A stretch of 63,520 bases of DNA, filler included, from Octopus bimaculoides (taxonomy: Eukaryota): the NCBI RefSeq assembly GCF_001194135.2. It is 5 parts of 5 records of this genome, joined end to end, with 100 filler letters (N's around TTAATTAATTAA, not from the genome) between each part and the next. Parts side by side here need not be neighbours in the genome. Positions count along the whole stretch, not along the records: positions 1 to 26,837 come from NC_068991.1; 4 more parts are not named here. The stretch is one strand, 5' to 3'. Position numbers and translations under genes: made by a program. This document shows positions 1-12,606 of this stretch, one piece after another. How positions within the stretch are numbered: the stretch's first letter is position 1; each line of letters starts with the position of its first letter. A model generated the notes under the pieces. The model saw nothing but the letters and a program-made list of their open reading frames with translations, searched no databases and was not told where the DNA came from.

Positions 1-113
1 ATATATATATATATATACACACACACAAACACATAAATAGGTATAGGGATGGTATTATTAAAATACCATCACGAGTGGCAAGCGAATTATCAGCCGTACA
101 GGCAAATTAATAA

Positions 114-388
114 AATATATACATACAATATTAGATATGTACATATATAGACAAGAGCACTACATGAGCACCTACATGGCTTTAATAGAAGTCAAAAATT
201 ACTTCTGTACCACCGAATAGTCACAAAACGTTATAATTGTTCACTGATATTTTTTCCTGTCATGTCCTTAATAGATTTGTAACTATTCGGTGGTACAGAA
301 GTAATTTTTGACTTCTGTTGTAGCGATGATACAACAGTGCTCATGTAGTGCTCTTGAGTATATATGTACATATCTAGTATTGCATGTA

Positions 389-394
<6 letters not shown>
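114..394. mobile_element. Foldback / MITE-like long inverted repeat
   Basis: Inner arms 187-227 and 276-316 match as reverse complements at 40 of 41 nt. Outer arms 152-171 and 337-356 are perfect over 20 nt. Pairing continues outward to about 114 and 394 into TA-rich flanks. Confidence 0.7.
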
Positions 395-424
<30 letters not shown>

Positions 425-1095
425 NNNNNNNNNNNNNNNNNNNNNNNNNNNNNNNNNNNNNNNNNNNNNNNNNNNNNNNNNNNNNNNNNNNNNNNNNNNN
501 NNNNNNNNNNNNNNNNNNNNNNNNNNNNNNNNNNNNNNNNNNNNNNNNNNNNNNNNNNNNNNNNNNNNNNNNNNNNNNNNNNNNNNNNNNNNNNNNNNNN
601 NNNNNNNNNNNNNNNNNNNNNNNNNNNNNNNNNNNNNNNNNNNNNNNNNNNNNNNNNNNNNNNNNNNNNNNNNNNNNNNNNNNNNNNNNNNNNNNNNNNN
701 NNNNNNNNNNNNNNNNNNNNNNNNNNNNNNNNNNNNNNNNNNNNNNNNNNNNNNNNNNNNNNNNNNNNNNNNNNNNNNNNNNNNNNNNNNNNNNNNNNNN
801 NNNNNNNNNNNNNNNNNNNNNNNNNNNNNNNNNNNNNNNNNNNNNNNNNNNNNNNNNNNNNNNNNNNNNNNNNNNNNNNNNNNNNNNNNNNNNNNNNNAT
901 TTATATAAGGGTATTAACTATATAGTAATGCCTCACGCTTAGAGGGACTAAATAAGTCAAAAACTACCAAAAAATAAGCAACATATTTACCGAAAGCGAG
1001 GAAATGCAGCTTTCAAAATTAATCTCCTAAAAACATTTAACTTAACGGCATTATTATATAGTTAATGCCCTTATATAAAATTATATATATATATA

Positions 1096-1300
1096 GTTCT
1101 CGGGGAGATTTTGCATGACACAGAGTATGTGGTAAGGCTGGTCCTGCGAAATACAGGTACAGCAGAAACAGGAAGTAAGAACCTCGTGGAGATTTAGGTG
1201 TTTTCGCTCAATAAACACTCACAACGCCCGGCCTGGGAATCGAAACCGTGATTTTATGACCACGAGTCCGCTGCCCTAACCATTGGGCCATTGCGCCTCG
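1096..1300 (-). mobile_element. tRNA-derived SINE family C, internally shortened copy
   Basis: Minus strand GAGGCGCAATGGCCCAATGGTTAGGGCAGCGGACTC...GGTTTCGATTCC shows Pol III A and B boxes. Near-identical head to 13225-13504. Confidence 0.75.
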
Positions 1301-1630
1301 ACCTTATAATATAGATGTACCGTTAAACATATCAAATCTCGTTTGGCAAATGAAAATAAAGAAAGTTTTGATTGTTGTGGTTTTTGTTGTTTCTGGTCGT
1401 GCTGCTGCTCTCGCTGTTGTTGTTGTTGTTGTTGCTTCCACTTTTTTTGTTGTTTTTATATTGTTATTGCCAACATCTAATAACCATTTCGCTATTTGAG
1501 AGACTCGTCTAGAATTACCCGGCGTCGGTTACTCTTATTGCTGAAATACAGAAAGAAAAGAAGGAGTCAAAATTTAAGGAAAAGAAATAAGTGTAATAAT
1601 AATAGGTATCTCAGAAAAGTTGTTCTAAAT

Positions 1631-1682
<52 letters not shown>

Positions 1683-1687
<5 letters not shown>

Positions 1688-1939
1688 CTTTTACTTGTCT
1701 CAATTATTTGACTGTGGCCATGCTGGAGCACCGCCTTTAGTCGAACAAATCGACCCCAGACTTATTCTTTGTAAGCCTAGTACTTATTCTATCGGTCTCT
1801 TTTGCCAAACCACTAAGTTACGGGGACGTAAACACACCAGCATCGGTTTTCAAGCGATGTTGGGTGACAAACNNNNNNNNNNNNNNNNNNNNNNNNNNNN
1901 NNNNNNNNNNNNNNNNNNNNNNNNNNNNNNNNNNNNNNN

Positions 1940-1972
<33 letters not shown>

Positions 1973-2016
1973 TACGACAGTCTTTTTCAGTTTCCGTCTA
2001 CCAAATCCACTCACAA
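1683..2016 (-). mobile_element. SINE family B (internal microsatellite), head truncated
   Basis: The 3' half matches 6720-6925 in reverse complement, followed by a gap and (TA)n, then a piece of the 5' half cut off by a family A SINE. Confidence 0.8.
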
Positions 2017-2205
2017 TAATCTGTTCTACTAAAGGCACCAGGCCTAAAATTTGTGGGGAGGGGACTAGTCGATTATATCGACCCCAGAGTTTCACTGGCA
2101 CTTAATTTATAGACTCGGAAAGGATGAAAGGCGGAATTTGAACTCGGAACGTAGTGCCGTGCGAAATGCTTAACAGTTCTAACGATTCTGCCAGCTCACC
2201 GCCTT
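2017..2205 (-). mobile_element. tRNA-derived SINE family A
   Basis: Reverse complement of GGCGGTGAGCTGGCAGAATCGTTAG...GAGTTCAAATTCCGCC...TTTCATCCTTTC...GTCGATATAATCGACT. Followed on + by (TAA)n. Confidence 0.85.
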
Positions 2206-2236
2206 AATAATAATAACAATAATAATAATAATAGTA

Positions 2237-2300
<64 letters not shown>

Positions 2301-3225
2301 TAATGATATTAATAATAACGAGGATGGTGATGAGGATAATAGCTGTCTGTAGTATGTGCAAAAGTTTTGAAATTTGTGTTCAATGAAGGCACCACACATA
2401 TGCACAAATCTGAAGTCCCTTATAATAATTATGTAAATGCTGTGAGTTCAAATCTTGTCTGGAACACATACTCTTCGTGTTTTTTCAGGGAACAATAAAT
2501 AAAGGGCCATCCCGGATCGGGTGACTGTTTACTTTGATGTGTCAGTTTCGGTTCCGTGAATCCTAAATTCAAATCCCCGCTGTTCGTCACCGAAATAAAA
2601 CACGGTTTTTAGCCTTTATAAACTGTTTTAATAAGTACCCGAGTTTTTCAACTGGACACTACGAATGGCAGTTTACCAGCTGGCATCAGGACTACATAGG
2701 GGCTTCCAATTTCTATAAACTAAACGAAACGAATGATACATGTATGAGAGAGAAGAAGAGAACAAATATATAGGGACGAGTGTGTATGTGCGCGTGTCGA
2801 TGGCTGAATTATATATGTGGTTTATTGTTCATTCTTTCGTGCATTGCGTTGCATAATTGATTCCTATGTACACATTTGAATACAAACATTTGCATACGCC
2901 ATTATAGATTTTCCAGATAAAGGAATGTATGCATATATATTGGCCAGTGTGTATGGGCGAGTGTGTATTCATGCATTCTTCTTTTGAAATGTGTTTAACA
3001 CTTATCTACGCACTTAACACGCATATGTTACCCAATCACAGACATGCATACACACACACACACACACAAGCATACATACATATATATATATATACATACG
3101 CGTATGTACATATGTGTGTGTATGCATTTATGTATATATAAATACATAAACGCATACCCACACAGACATGCACATATGCATACATCCATGTATTCAAATT
3201 TATATACAGCCATATATATATATAC

Positions 3226-3274
<49 letters not shown>

Positions 3275-4299
3275 ATGGTCTATCATACACATATGTATAT
3301 ATACGCATGCATATACATATGTCAATGTATTTACAGATCGATACACATAAACATGAAAACTATAAATGCATAGACATGTATATGTTTGTTTGTACGAATA
3401 TATATGTATATGTGTACGTATTTGTATATACGTATATATACATATATATATATATATAACGTATACATATATGTGTGTGCGCGTACATATATCTATACAT
3501 GTGCACGCGTGCATGCATGCATACGTTCATACACACATACGTTCGTGTATGAATACATGCATACATATATATATATATATATANNNNNNNNNNNNNNNNN
3601 NNNNNNNNNNNNNNNNNNNNNNNNNNNNNNNNNNNNNNNNNNNNNNNNNNNNNNNNNNNNNNNNNNNNNNNNNNNNNNNNNNNNNNNNNNNNNNNNNNNN
3701 NNNNNNNNNNNNNNNNNNNNNNNNNNNNNNNNNNNNNNNNACACACACACACACACACACACACACGTCATACAAAGATTCGGTGCACAGTCATCGATCG
3801 ATCCTGCAGATTTGTTCAACACGTAAGTGTAGCTTACTTTAACAGAATATTCAAGAAAAAAGTGTGTTTCAATTCATATTTAAACTAATACTGGAACGGA
3901 TAATACGATTGTCCTCGATGACTTTTATCCTGACGTGTGGACTGGTTCTTGTGTCCCTTTTGAAGAATCCTTGAAATAAACGACAATCATTCTTCGATTT
4001 CCGTCTCCTTAGGATTTCTTGTCTTACAAGGAATATCTTTCAACTTATCACAGTCATGTGTCATGGTTTTGTCTTTGCTTTTCAATCATCTTATGGAATA
4101 TATTAAGAAATTTTTCATTGCGAACATTCGAAGTCAGAAGCAACAGACAGAAGAAAATACTGGTGTTGTTTTGTCCTTTAACAGGACAGGCTTAACATTA
4201 ATACTGTTCCACCATTCATGACGGTCCCATCTTGTAATCAATCATATGTTCATCCGTCAGAGTGACGAGGACCATCTGTCATTCTTTAATCATGACTGG

Positions 4300-4750
4300 T
4301 GTCTCACGCGGTGACTTTCTTTAAAGTGAAAAAGAGTTGCACACCGTCAACCTCGCTCTCTCGTCTGTGACTTTCTTCGGTCCAGTGGCAAGACCATGTC
4401 AAGACCATAGGGTATGGACACTGATGCAGTGGATTATCAAGACGTCATACTTGTTCCATCTTACTTTCTGCACTCCACAATGAGTTGTTGCAGCCGCTCT
4501 CCCCTACGTTGAATCATAAAGGTTTCTTCCGCAAAGTCCGCCATATTCACTCTTCACATGCGTAGGTAGACAAACCCTAATGTGCTAATTAACCTACATC
4601 TGGGATCTTACAGGTGTTACTACTCCGATTCAGAGTTGACCTGGGAAAAATAGAGATTAAGACGTGGTTTCGCATCCCCAAAATCCTGAAACTCCAGAAC
4701 CAGCCCCCACTCCGCCACTACCGAGTGAAGTTTAGTCTTATCCAGGGCTA
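4300..4750. mobile_element. Degraded LINE-like (possibly RTE) 3' repeat fragments
   Basis: GC-richer island resembling recalled 3' ends of aquatic RTE-type repeats. No intact ORF or clear motif. Confidence 0.25.
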
Positions 4751-5411
4751 AGTTATATACTTTCCAGAACAACGTTGTTCATTGTATCCATTCACTGTTT
4801 AAGACAGTAGAGTGTGATCTCAGGGAGTTTTTGGTACGGTATGTTTTGTAACCACTAACAAGTGTTCTCCATTTTTTTTTCTTTTTCCACTAAGGAAGGA
4901 TACATTAAACACTTAAATCTGTATTAATCTAAGTCGGAAAAGACGAGTCGGTCATGGCTTTAAACCCTTTCAGTATACGTCTATTTAACCGGCTGGGGAA
5001 AACAACAACCATGGCGTATACGATAAATTTCAATACGAACTTTAAGCGTGTACCGTTATGTCACATTCAATTCGCCATTTCTTTCTACAACTATTGTATT
5101 AGCTATGCTTCACTCGACACTCAGACTTTGGTATGAAAATAAAAGTTATATAAATGGAGAGGTTAGTTATATTTTTCTTGTCTCATGGCAATAACAAGAA
5201 CAAAAAAAAATATGTCTATAGGGAATTTACTGCAATCACTATAAAAGATGTGAAACTGATATTTATGTGTAGTTAGATATGTTGGTTTGAAATCATAGTT
5301 GTGGTTTGTGCGTGTGGATACGTGTCTGCGAGCGCATGCGGGTTTATCAATAGAGAGTGGGGCAGACAAACAGATAGATAGATAGATGGATACATATAGA
5401 TAGACAGATGA

Positions 5412-5475
<64 letters not shown>

Positions 5476-6187
5476 ACTTATATGAGTGTGCATATACACG
5501 TGTAGAGGTATAAATAATACACGCACGCAGAAATGTACGTACATACAACATACATACATATACATACATACATACATACATACGCATACATATATACAGA
5601 CGTATATACAAACAGACAGGCAGACAGGTCATCATATCTGGTATATAGTTAACGTGTACGTAGTTTACTATATTTGGAACTAAATTTGAAACAACACAAT
5701 TATAATTCCTATCTTAATACCGATATCAAACCAACACAGTGTATGAAATTTTAATGCTTCGGTTAACAGTTGCGTCAGATAAGCTTCATGTGTGTTGTCT
5801 GCCTGTAGTGTTGAAATCACAGCGTAAATATGGCGGAAACAATTGGCCAGCAGAGGGAAATAGCTGACTAAGTATATCATCATTTAAGAAGGAAAACATT
5901 TCGTGTTATTTTCTGGAGATTATAACATTATGGATTATCTTATAAGAATATAAACAGAAAACTGTTTAGCTTCAAGGTAGATAAATAAGCAACATTTTGT
6001 AATGCAAAGCCAAAAACGTACGCCGATTCGTTCACTGTATTTGTTTGGTCAGATTTTTGATATGTAATCGTATATTGAAACAGATATTATTGTACTTCGG
6101 GCTGAGGTCATGTTGTCTCTGAAAAGACACACGCACTTGTTTTATTCTAAATATACCCTTTAAGCATTTTATTAATCAAAAGTCAAA

Positions 6188-6376
6188 GACGGTGAGCTGG
6201 CAGAAACGTTAGCACGCTTGGCGAATTGCTTAGCGGTATATCGTCTGCTGTTACGTTCTGAGTTCAAATTCCGCCGAGGTCGACTTTGCCTTTCATCCTT
6301 TCAGGATCGATAAATTAAGTACCAGTTGCGTACTGGTGTCGATCTAATCTACTGCCCCCGCCCCTCCCCAAAAAAT
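6188..6376 (+). mobile_element. tRNA-derived SINE family A
   Basis: GACGGTGAGCTGGCAGAAACGTTAGCACG...GAGTTCAAATTCCGCCGAGGTCGACTTTGCCTTTCATCC...GATAAATTAAGTACCAG; many paralogous copies in the window. Confidence 0.9.
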
Positions 6377-6480
6377 ACCGATTGTATTTTATACATATGC
6401 GACTATTTGAGTATACATATATGTTTACATGAATGTGTTTGTACGTATACTCACATACACTCATGTATGTATGTATGAAT

Positions 6481-6662
6481 GGAGTGGCTGTGTGGTAAGA
6501 ATCTTGCTCCCTAACCACATGGTCATGGGTTCAGTCCCACTGCGTGCACTTTCGGCAAGTGTCTTCTACTATAACCCTGGGCTGACCCAAAGCTTTGTGA
6601 GTGGATTTGGTAGAGGGAAACTGAAAGAAGCCCATCGTATATATATATATATATGTGCGTGT

Positions 6663-6693
<31 letters not shown>

Positions 6694-6925
6694 CGTGCAT
6701 CTATGTGAGTGTGTATTTGTGTGTCTGTATTTGTCCCCACACCATCACTTGACAACCGATGTTGGTGTGTTTACGTCCTCGTAACTTAGTGTTTCGGCAA
6801 AAGAGAACGATAGAGTAAGTACTAGGCTTACAACGAAGAAGTCCTGGGGTCGATTTGTTCGATTAAAGGTGGTGCTCCAGCACTGCCGCGGTCAAATGAC
6901 TGAAACAATTAAATGAATAAAAGAA
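6481..6925 (+). mobile_element. SINE family B, near full length, with central (TA)/(TG)n
   Basis: Degenerate tRNA head (GGCTGTGTGGTAAGA...GGGTTCAGTCCCAC), internal microsatellite, and a 3' half shared with 1683-1872, 12890-13090 and 39556-39770. Confidence 0.85.
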
Positions 6926-6931
6926 CATGTG

Positions 6932-6984
<53 letters not shown>

Positions 6985-7308
6985 TTATTTATGTATATAT
7001 ATATATATATATATAGCTGTAATAATGAAGTGAAACCAAACGTTTCAGGTCATCGTGATATATAAAAGGAGGTGCATCCCATCCATTACGTAAGATTTTC
7101 TTCAGTTAAAACATTTCAAAATCCTGGTACCGTGCACCACCTCTTAATGTAACGCAATAAATAGACAGACCGACAAACAGACAGGTAGCATCGTAAACGG
7201 AATTTTTATTTTAACATCATAAACCCATACTATGGGTAAAAGAGATTTGTAAAAATCCTGTAATTGCTATTGATGTGCAGAAAAGCTGAAGCAAGTCTCC
7301 TGACTCAC

Positions 7309-7381
7309 CGTTTCACGTCAAGCTCATCACTTCTCAGAGAAAACGTGCGTGGCTTTGTCTCCAAACAATAATGTCGATCGG
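7309..7381 (-). CDS. Candidate internal coding exon (73 nt) of an unidentified minus-strand gene; peptide xDRHYCLETKPRTFSLRSDELDVKR
   Basis: Acceptor TTTTATAACAG| and donor CG|GTGAGT. Exactly one open frame (phase 1 in, phase 2 out), non-repetitive composition. Product not recognised. Confidence 0.5.
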
Positions 7382-8422
7382 CTGTTATAAAAATCACTCA
7401 TAGAAATTGGTGAAAAGCCTAATTTGCATATTCATGCTTTAGGTGGTTCGCCAGCAACTAAAAATATTTATTTATGCATATTTCAGCATACATTTCAGAG
7501 TAGTTGGCCTATTGATTTAGAAGGAAGCTGTACAAGTTTCGGGGGAAGACGGTTAAAAAAATAATAAAACAGTCCGTTGAGAGACTCTCTCTCTCTCTCT
7601 CCCTCTTCTTTCTACATATCAATAACTTAGATAGAATTTGCTTGCATTCTTCTAATTTCACTCAGCGCGTTGCTTTGTAATGCTTCAATGTATTTCCGTT
7701 CTTCTTATTTACACTGTGTTATGCATAAATAGATTTTCTTTAATTAATGACCAGCTGCCTTAAGCACAAATATGCAAATTAGACTACCTACTGATGCAGA
7801 AGCTTAATATACAATTACTTTATAAAGCAGCTGATATACTGAATGGGGAAAGAAATCTTATGTGTNNNNNNNNNNNNNNNNNNNNNNNNNNNNNNNNNNN
7901 NNNNNNNNNNNNNNNNNNNNNNNNNNNNNNNNNNNNNNNNNNNNNNNNNNNNNNNNNNNNNNNNNNNNNNNNNNNNNNNNNNNNNNNNNNNNNNNNNNNN
8001 NNNNNNNNNNNNNNNNNNNNNNNNNNNNNNNNNNNNNNNNNNNNNNNNNNNNNNNNNNNNNNNNNNNNNNNNNNNNNNNNNNNNNNNNNNNNNNNNNNNN
8101 NNNNNNNNNNNNNNNNNNNNNNNNNNNNNNNNNNNNNNNNNNNNNNNNNNNNNNNNNNNNNNNNNNNNNNNNNNNNNNNNNNNNNNNNNNNNNNNNNNNN
8201 NNNNNNNNNNNNNNNNNNNNNAACTATCAGCCATATATATATATAAAGTCTCAATGATAAAAATTTGCGAAACTGCAATGACTTTCCGGACACTAACTAA
8301 AGAAGAAATCGGCTGCGAATGGTCCGTGTATTTTGTTTTTGTCGTGCTTATCGTTTCTTAAATTATCGTCTGCTTTTCAGCATGTCGTGTTCTGCTGCGT
8401 TCTTTCTGTCCTACCCTTGATT

Positions 8423-8493
<71 letters not shown>

Positions 8494-8988
8494 AAACCAA
8501 TTTGTTTATAACGAAATTTGTAACATGAAATTCCGTAGTGGATTGTTCGAAAAGTGACGTATACCAACTATTTAACTATTCTACGATGTTTACAAAAGTA
8601 ATCTATATTCTGGGATAAAATTTAATTACTAGAAATGGATTCTATGCCTCACGGACTCTCATTTATTAATCGATGCATTGGTCTACATTTATTTCTTAAT
8701 TCACCATTTTACATTCGTACATTATAAGATGTAATTTCCGAATTCTTAAGAAGCAACATATTTTCGGATTAGTTGTCTCTTAGACTTATATTCTTGTATA
8801 AAGTTAATGAAACAATTTTGGATAAAAAGCCAAACCAATATTTATTCCTGTTATCCAATTTAAAATTTATTCAGCCAAGCAATGATTTGGTAAAATGGAA
8901 AACAATGGAAATCGAAAATGAAAATAAAATTCTTTAGTTTTTGTAATCTATTTAATTTTCTCCCGTAAACTATATGTTGTTTTAGTTC

Positions 8989-9032
<44 letters not shown>

Positions 9033-9234
9033 AGTGATGATGATGACGCCGATAATAACAGTGGTAATGGTGGTGGTGGTGGTGGTGGTGGTGGTGGTGA
9101 TGCTGCTGCTGCTGCTACTGCTTGTGAAGGTGGTGACGGTGGTAGCAGCTCCTAGTCAGTCCTGATCGAGAACGCCTAAGATCGAAAGGCATTCCAGTCA
9201 TGACCTTCACGCTTCCTGGTACATCACTAAAGAC

Positions 9235-9438
9235 ATTCTTTTCTATTCTAGGCACAAGGCCCGAAATTTTGGGGGAGGGGGACCAGTCGATTAGATCGAC
9301 TCCAGTACGCAACTGGTACTTAATTTATCGACCCCGAAAGGATGAAAGGCAAAGTCGACCTCGGCGGAATTTGAACACTGAACGAAATACCGCAAAGCAT
9401 TTCGCCCGGCGTGCTAACGTTTCTGCCAGCTCGCCGCC
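9235..9438 (-). mobile_element. tRNA-derived SINE family A
   Basis: Reverse complement of the family A sequence at 6188 and 14582. Confidence 0.9.
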
Positions 9439-10368
9439 TCACATCAATAAATACATTGTCCAATCTATCCTTATTGTTATATGTAGCGGTTTAATCCAAT
9501 GTTAACCCCTCCTGAACAGACTTATGATCAAAGGCGTTCCAGCCGCGATCATCACTGACTATTTGAATATCTCTAATTTCCATTTGAATGTTTCTGATTT
9601 CCACACAACTTACTGAAACTCAGTAAGCTGGAATCGAACTCAGGGCTTGGTGTTTGCGAAGTAAACTTCTTAATCATTCGGCCACACAGTGCCTACTATG
9701 AAGTTAGTACGTGGGAGATAAATCAAAAGTAGTAGGAATTATTAAATCATGTAACATTGTATCGTAGGCGACCATTTTGTTTTGCAATAAACACCTGCTT
9801 TGTATTGTAGTGTTGATTTCAACAGACAATAGTTCGTTGCTGGAATACTGCGAAGTGCAAGTGTTATAGTTGGCAGGTTTTCAGCAGGAGATATAGAATA
9901 AAGCTTGTGTTCTAAACATTACTTTAGTCTTTATATTTCACTTCTTCCATACATTTAGTTGGTTATATAATTTATCAGCTTACATTGAATACTGTAGAAA
10001 TAAGAAATATTCAAATGTTCTTTGAAACCCAGCGAATATTCTGGAAATAACGAGAAACGTTCAAATAGACCGTGTGATTCAGTAAATGGTGTAGAAATTT
10101 GAAACGTTCAAATAGTCTGTCTTCTTGGATAAATGTCATTATCAAAAAACCTCGGGTAGAGTGAAATTAGATCAACAGTAACTACATACAGTCTTGTCAT
10201 ACAAATTAAGAGGAATGACCACCAAAGTGGATTCCTAATATGCTAAAGATAGACGTTAAATCGCCTTACTACGTTGAGTGTGTTCTCAAGAAAAATTTCG
10301 GCAAACGCCAGAATGTAAAAATGAGCAAGACAAATGAAAATATACGAAACAAAAAAACGATTACTTAC

Positions 10369-10479
10369 GCATCAATGGTTTCGTTTGTTAATATTTACGA
10401 ATGTAAATATCTGCAATCTCATCAGCGTAGTCTGTCGTTTACAAAACACAATTTCTAGAACTAGACACAGAACTCTCAC
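10369..10479 (-). CDS. Candidate upstream exon ending ATG-C (mostly 5' UTR)
   Basis: Acceptor CTCTCTTCTTTCAG| at 10480 and donor ATGC|GTAAGT at 10368. ATG+C joined to exon 7381 gives MPDRHYCLETK in frame. Confidence 0.3.
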
Positions 10480-12606
10480 CTGAAAGAAGAGAGCATGTAT
10501 AAAGTTCTGCAAATTACATTTGGGGATATTTTTCAATCATATTTGAGGATACCTTTACAATGTCGTCATGCAAGTTATTTCTGTAATTCAAAAGGTTCTG
10601 TCTTGTCATACACTGTGTCACGCTAATTTTGCTTGCGAATTGCATTAAAGATACACGTGTCTAACGAATGATCAGCCACTTACATGTTAATTCAAGAGCT
10701 GACAATTCAATTCATCGAACAACCGAATCTCGGTTCGTCGAACGATACAGATCCACTACCACCACCAACATCACCTAAACCCCATTCACTGTATGTTATT
10801 CTTCTTCATGCAACACCTGTATCGTCTCACTTTTCAGACTTTCTATTAAATTTTTTTTTTCTCGGTCGTTTCTCGAGACCTCCTTCATCACCCTTGTTTT
10901 CTTTCCACTCAAGAACATTTAATAATTCACACTGAACATTAATCCCACGGTTAATACCCTACTTATCCCAGTCCATGTAAAGACGTGTTGCATAATGATT
11001 TGAGCATTGGACTCCCAATCGTTACTTTGTCGGTTCGACTTTCTAACCGAGAGATACATTGTGTCCTTCAGCAAGAGACTTCATTCTATATTGTTTCAGT
11101 TCAATCAGCTGAAAATGAATACAGGAGATTGTACAGCTGAAGATTAGCTCTCAGACGGACTGGCTTCCTGCTTAGGGTAGAGTGTTGTATCTCCTTCCGG
11201 TTTAAACGCCATAGAAACCAATTTAAGCTGCAGCCTAATGGGCCTTTAGGCACAGGACAGATTTCACTTTAGCTTTAACGTTACAATAGTTAATAATTTA
11301 TGTGGTTCATACTCAACCTACTTCTGAAATAAAGCCATTGTGGTTCACGGACTGTCAATAGTAAAAGTGAATCGTGATAAATTCTATTTGATGTTGATTC
11401 CTAGCTGTTGGACCTTGGTTTTATGTCTATTAAGAGATTAATGGTGAGTGTATGTGGACCAGTCACAGAGCATCATATTATTTCGTTTGAACAGAAGAAA
11501 CAGCAGTTTTACTGTATTTTATTTTTAAAGTTATTAAAATATTGTTGAGACGCCTAATTTTGAAAGATAAATATTATCTCGAGACAGTTCAGATGTTACG
11601 TGTCTGTAATATTCTCAATGACAGATAACTAAAGAGATTAACTATTAACGTATAAAAGCAAAAATTATCTGAATAAATCTCTTTCAAAGAGCTTTGTTAA
11701 TTCATCGTTCACTGTCGACTGGTAGGCTGACGTATTTAAGACGCCGATCGAATTTGTTTTTGCTTCTTTTTTAAGATGAACAGATTACACGAACTGAAGT
11801 AGCAATTAAGTTGATGTTTCACGCGATGGCCAATTGCATATAGCATTTAAACATTTACTTTTAGTCAGCGATAACACCTCTATACTTAAGTATCGGCATT
11901 GTAACAAGCAATTCATATTGACACATTGATCTATTAAACTAATGCGTACAATATAATGCGATTAAACACGGTTCTCTCCCTTTCGTTTTAATGTTTACTT
12001 TCATTTTCCCCTTCTCAATGGCGACTGTGACTTAACTCTCAGTTTCACTTCACGGTTATTGGACCCATACAAACACTCAACCGCATATTTAAAAAATACT
12101 GCGTGCGTAACTAAGTACACATTCCCAATTATCCTTTCCTAAGTAGTCGATTCTAAAGTACCATTATTATTATTATTGATATTATTATTATTATTATTGA
12201 TATTATTATTATTATTATTGCTATTATTATTGGAAATTCTTAGCTGTTTGCTTCAACAGTGAATTAGTAGTTCTGTGTGATTTCCAGACAAGAGATTTCG
12301 CTCTTTTTTGTATTATTAAGTAGCAAGTTTACAAACCAATATTTATAGATTTCTTTGCTCTGCTATTTATCGACGTGTATATTTTCTCTTCCGATACTTA
12401 TCGCTATTATTAATATTCGCGCAATGGTTGCTTACCGCTACAGAATATGGAAGCAACATACCAATTTCTTGTAGATAATTCATCCAGTCTGTAGATGAGT
12501 AGAATCGATCCGTTTACCCGTAGCGCTTTTCAGTTACTTTTTTAATTACCACCAAATCTTCTTCATTGGGGGCTTAGGATTCACAATAAACAAAACAATT
12601 TCAAGT

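Noticed and set aside
3775-3830. Short unique stretch with splice-like motifs on both strands
   Set aside because: The minus 30-nt version hits a stop in the phase required after exon 7309, and acceptors are weak; unsupported.
7039-7105. Minus-strand CTGAAGA...GAAACGTT hammerhead-like core
   Set aside because: No stem I complementarity and no base of stem II; likely chance.
10684-10935. Plus-strand 83-aa ORF with PLPPPTSP
   Set aside because: No recognisable domain or good acceptor; equally explained as minus-strand UTR ending at the donor at 10681.
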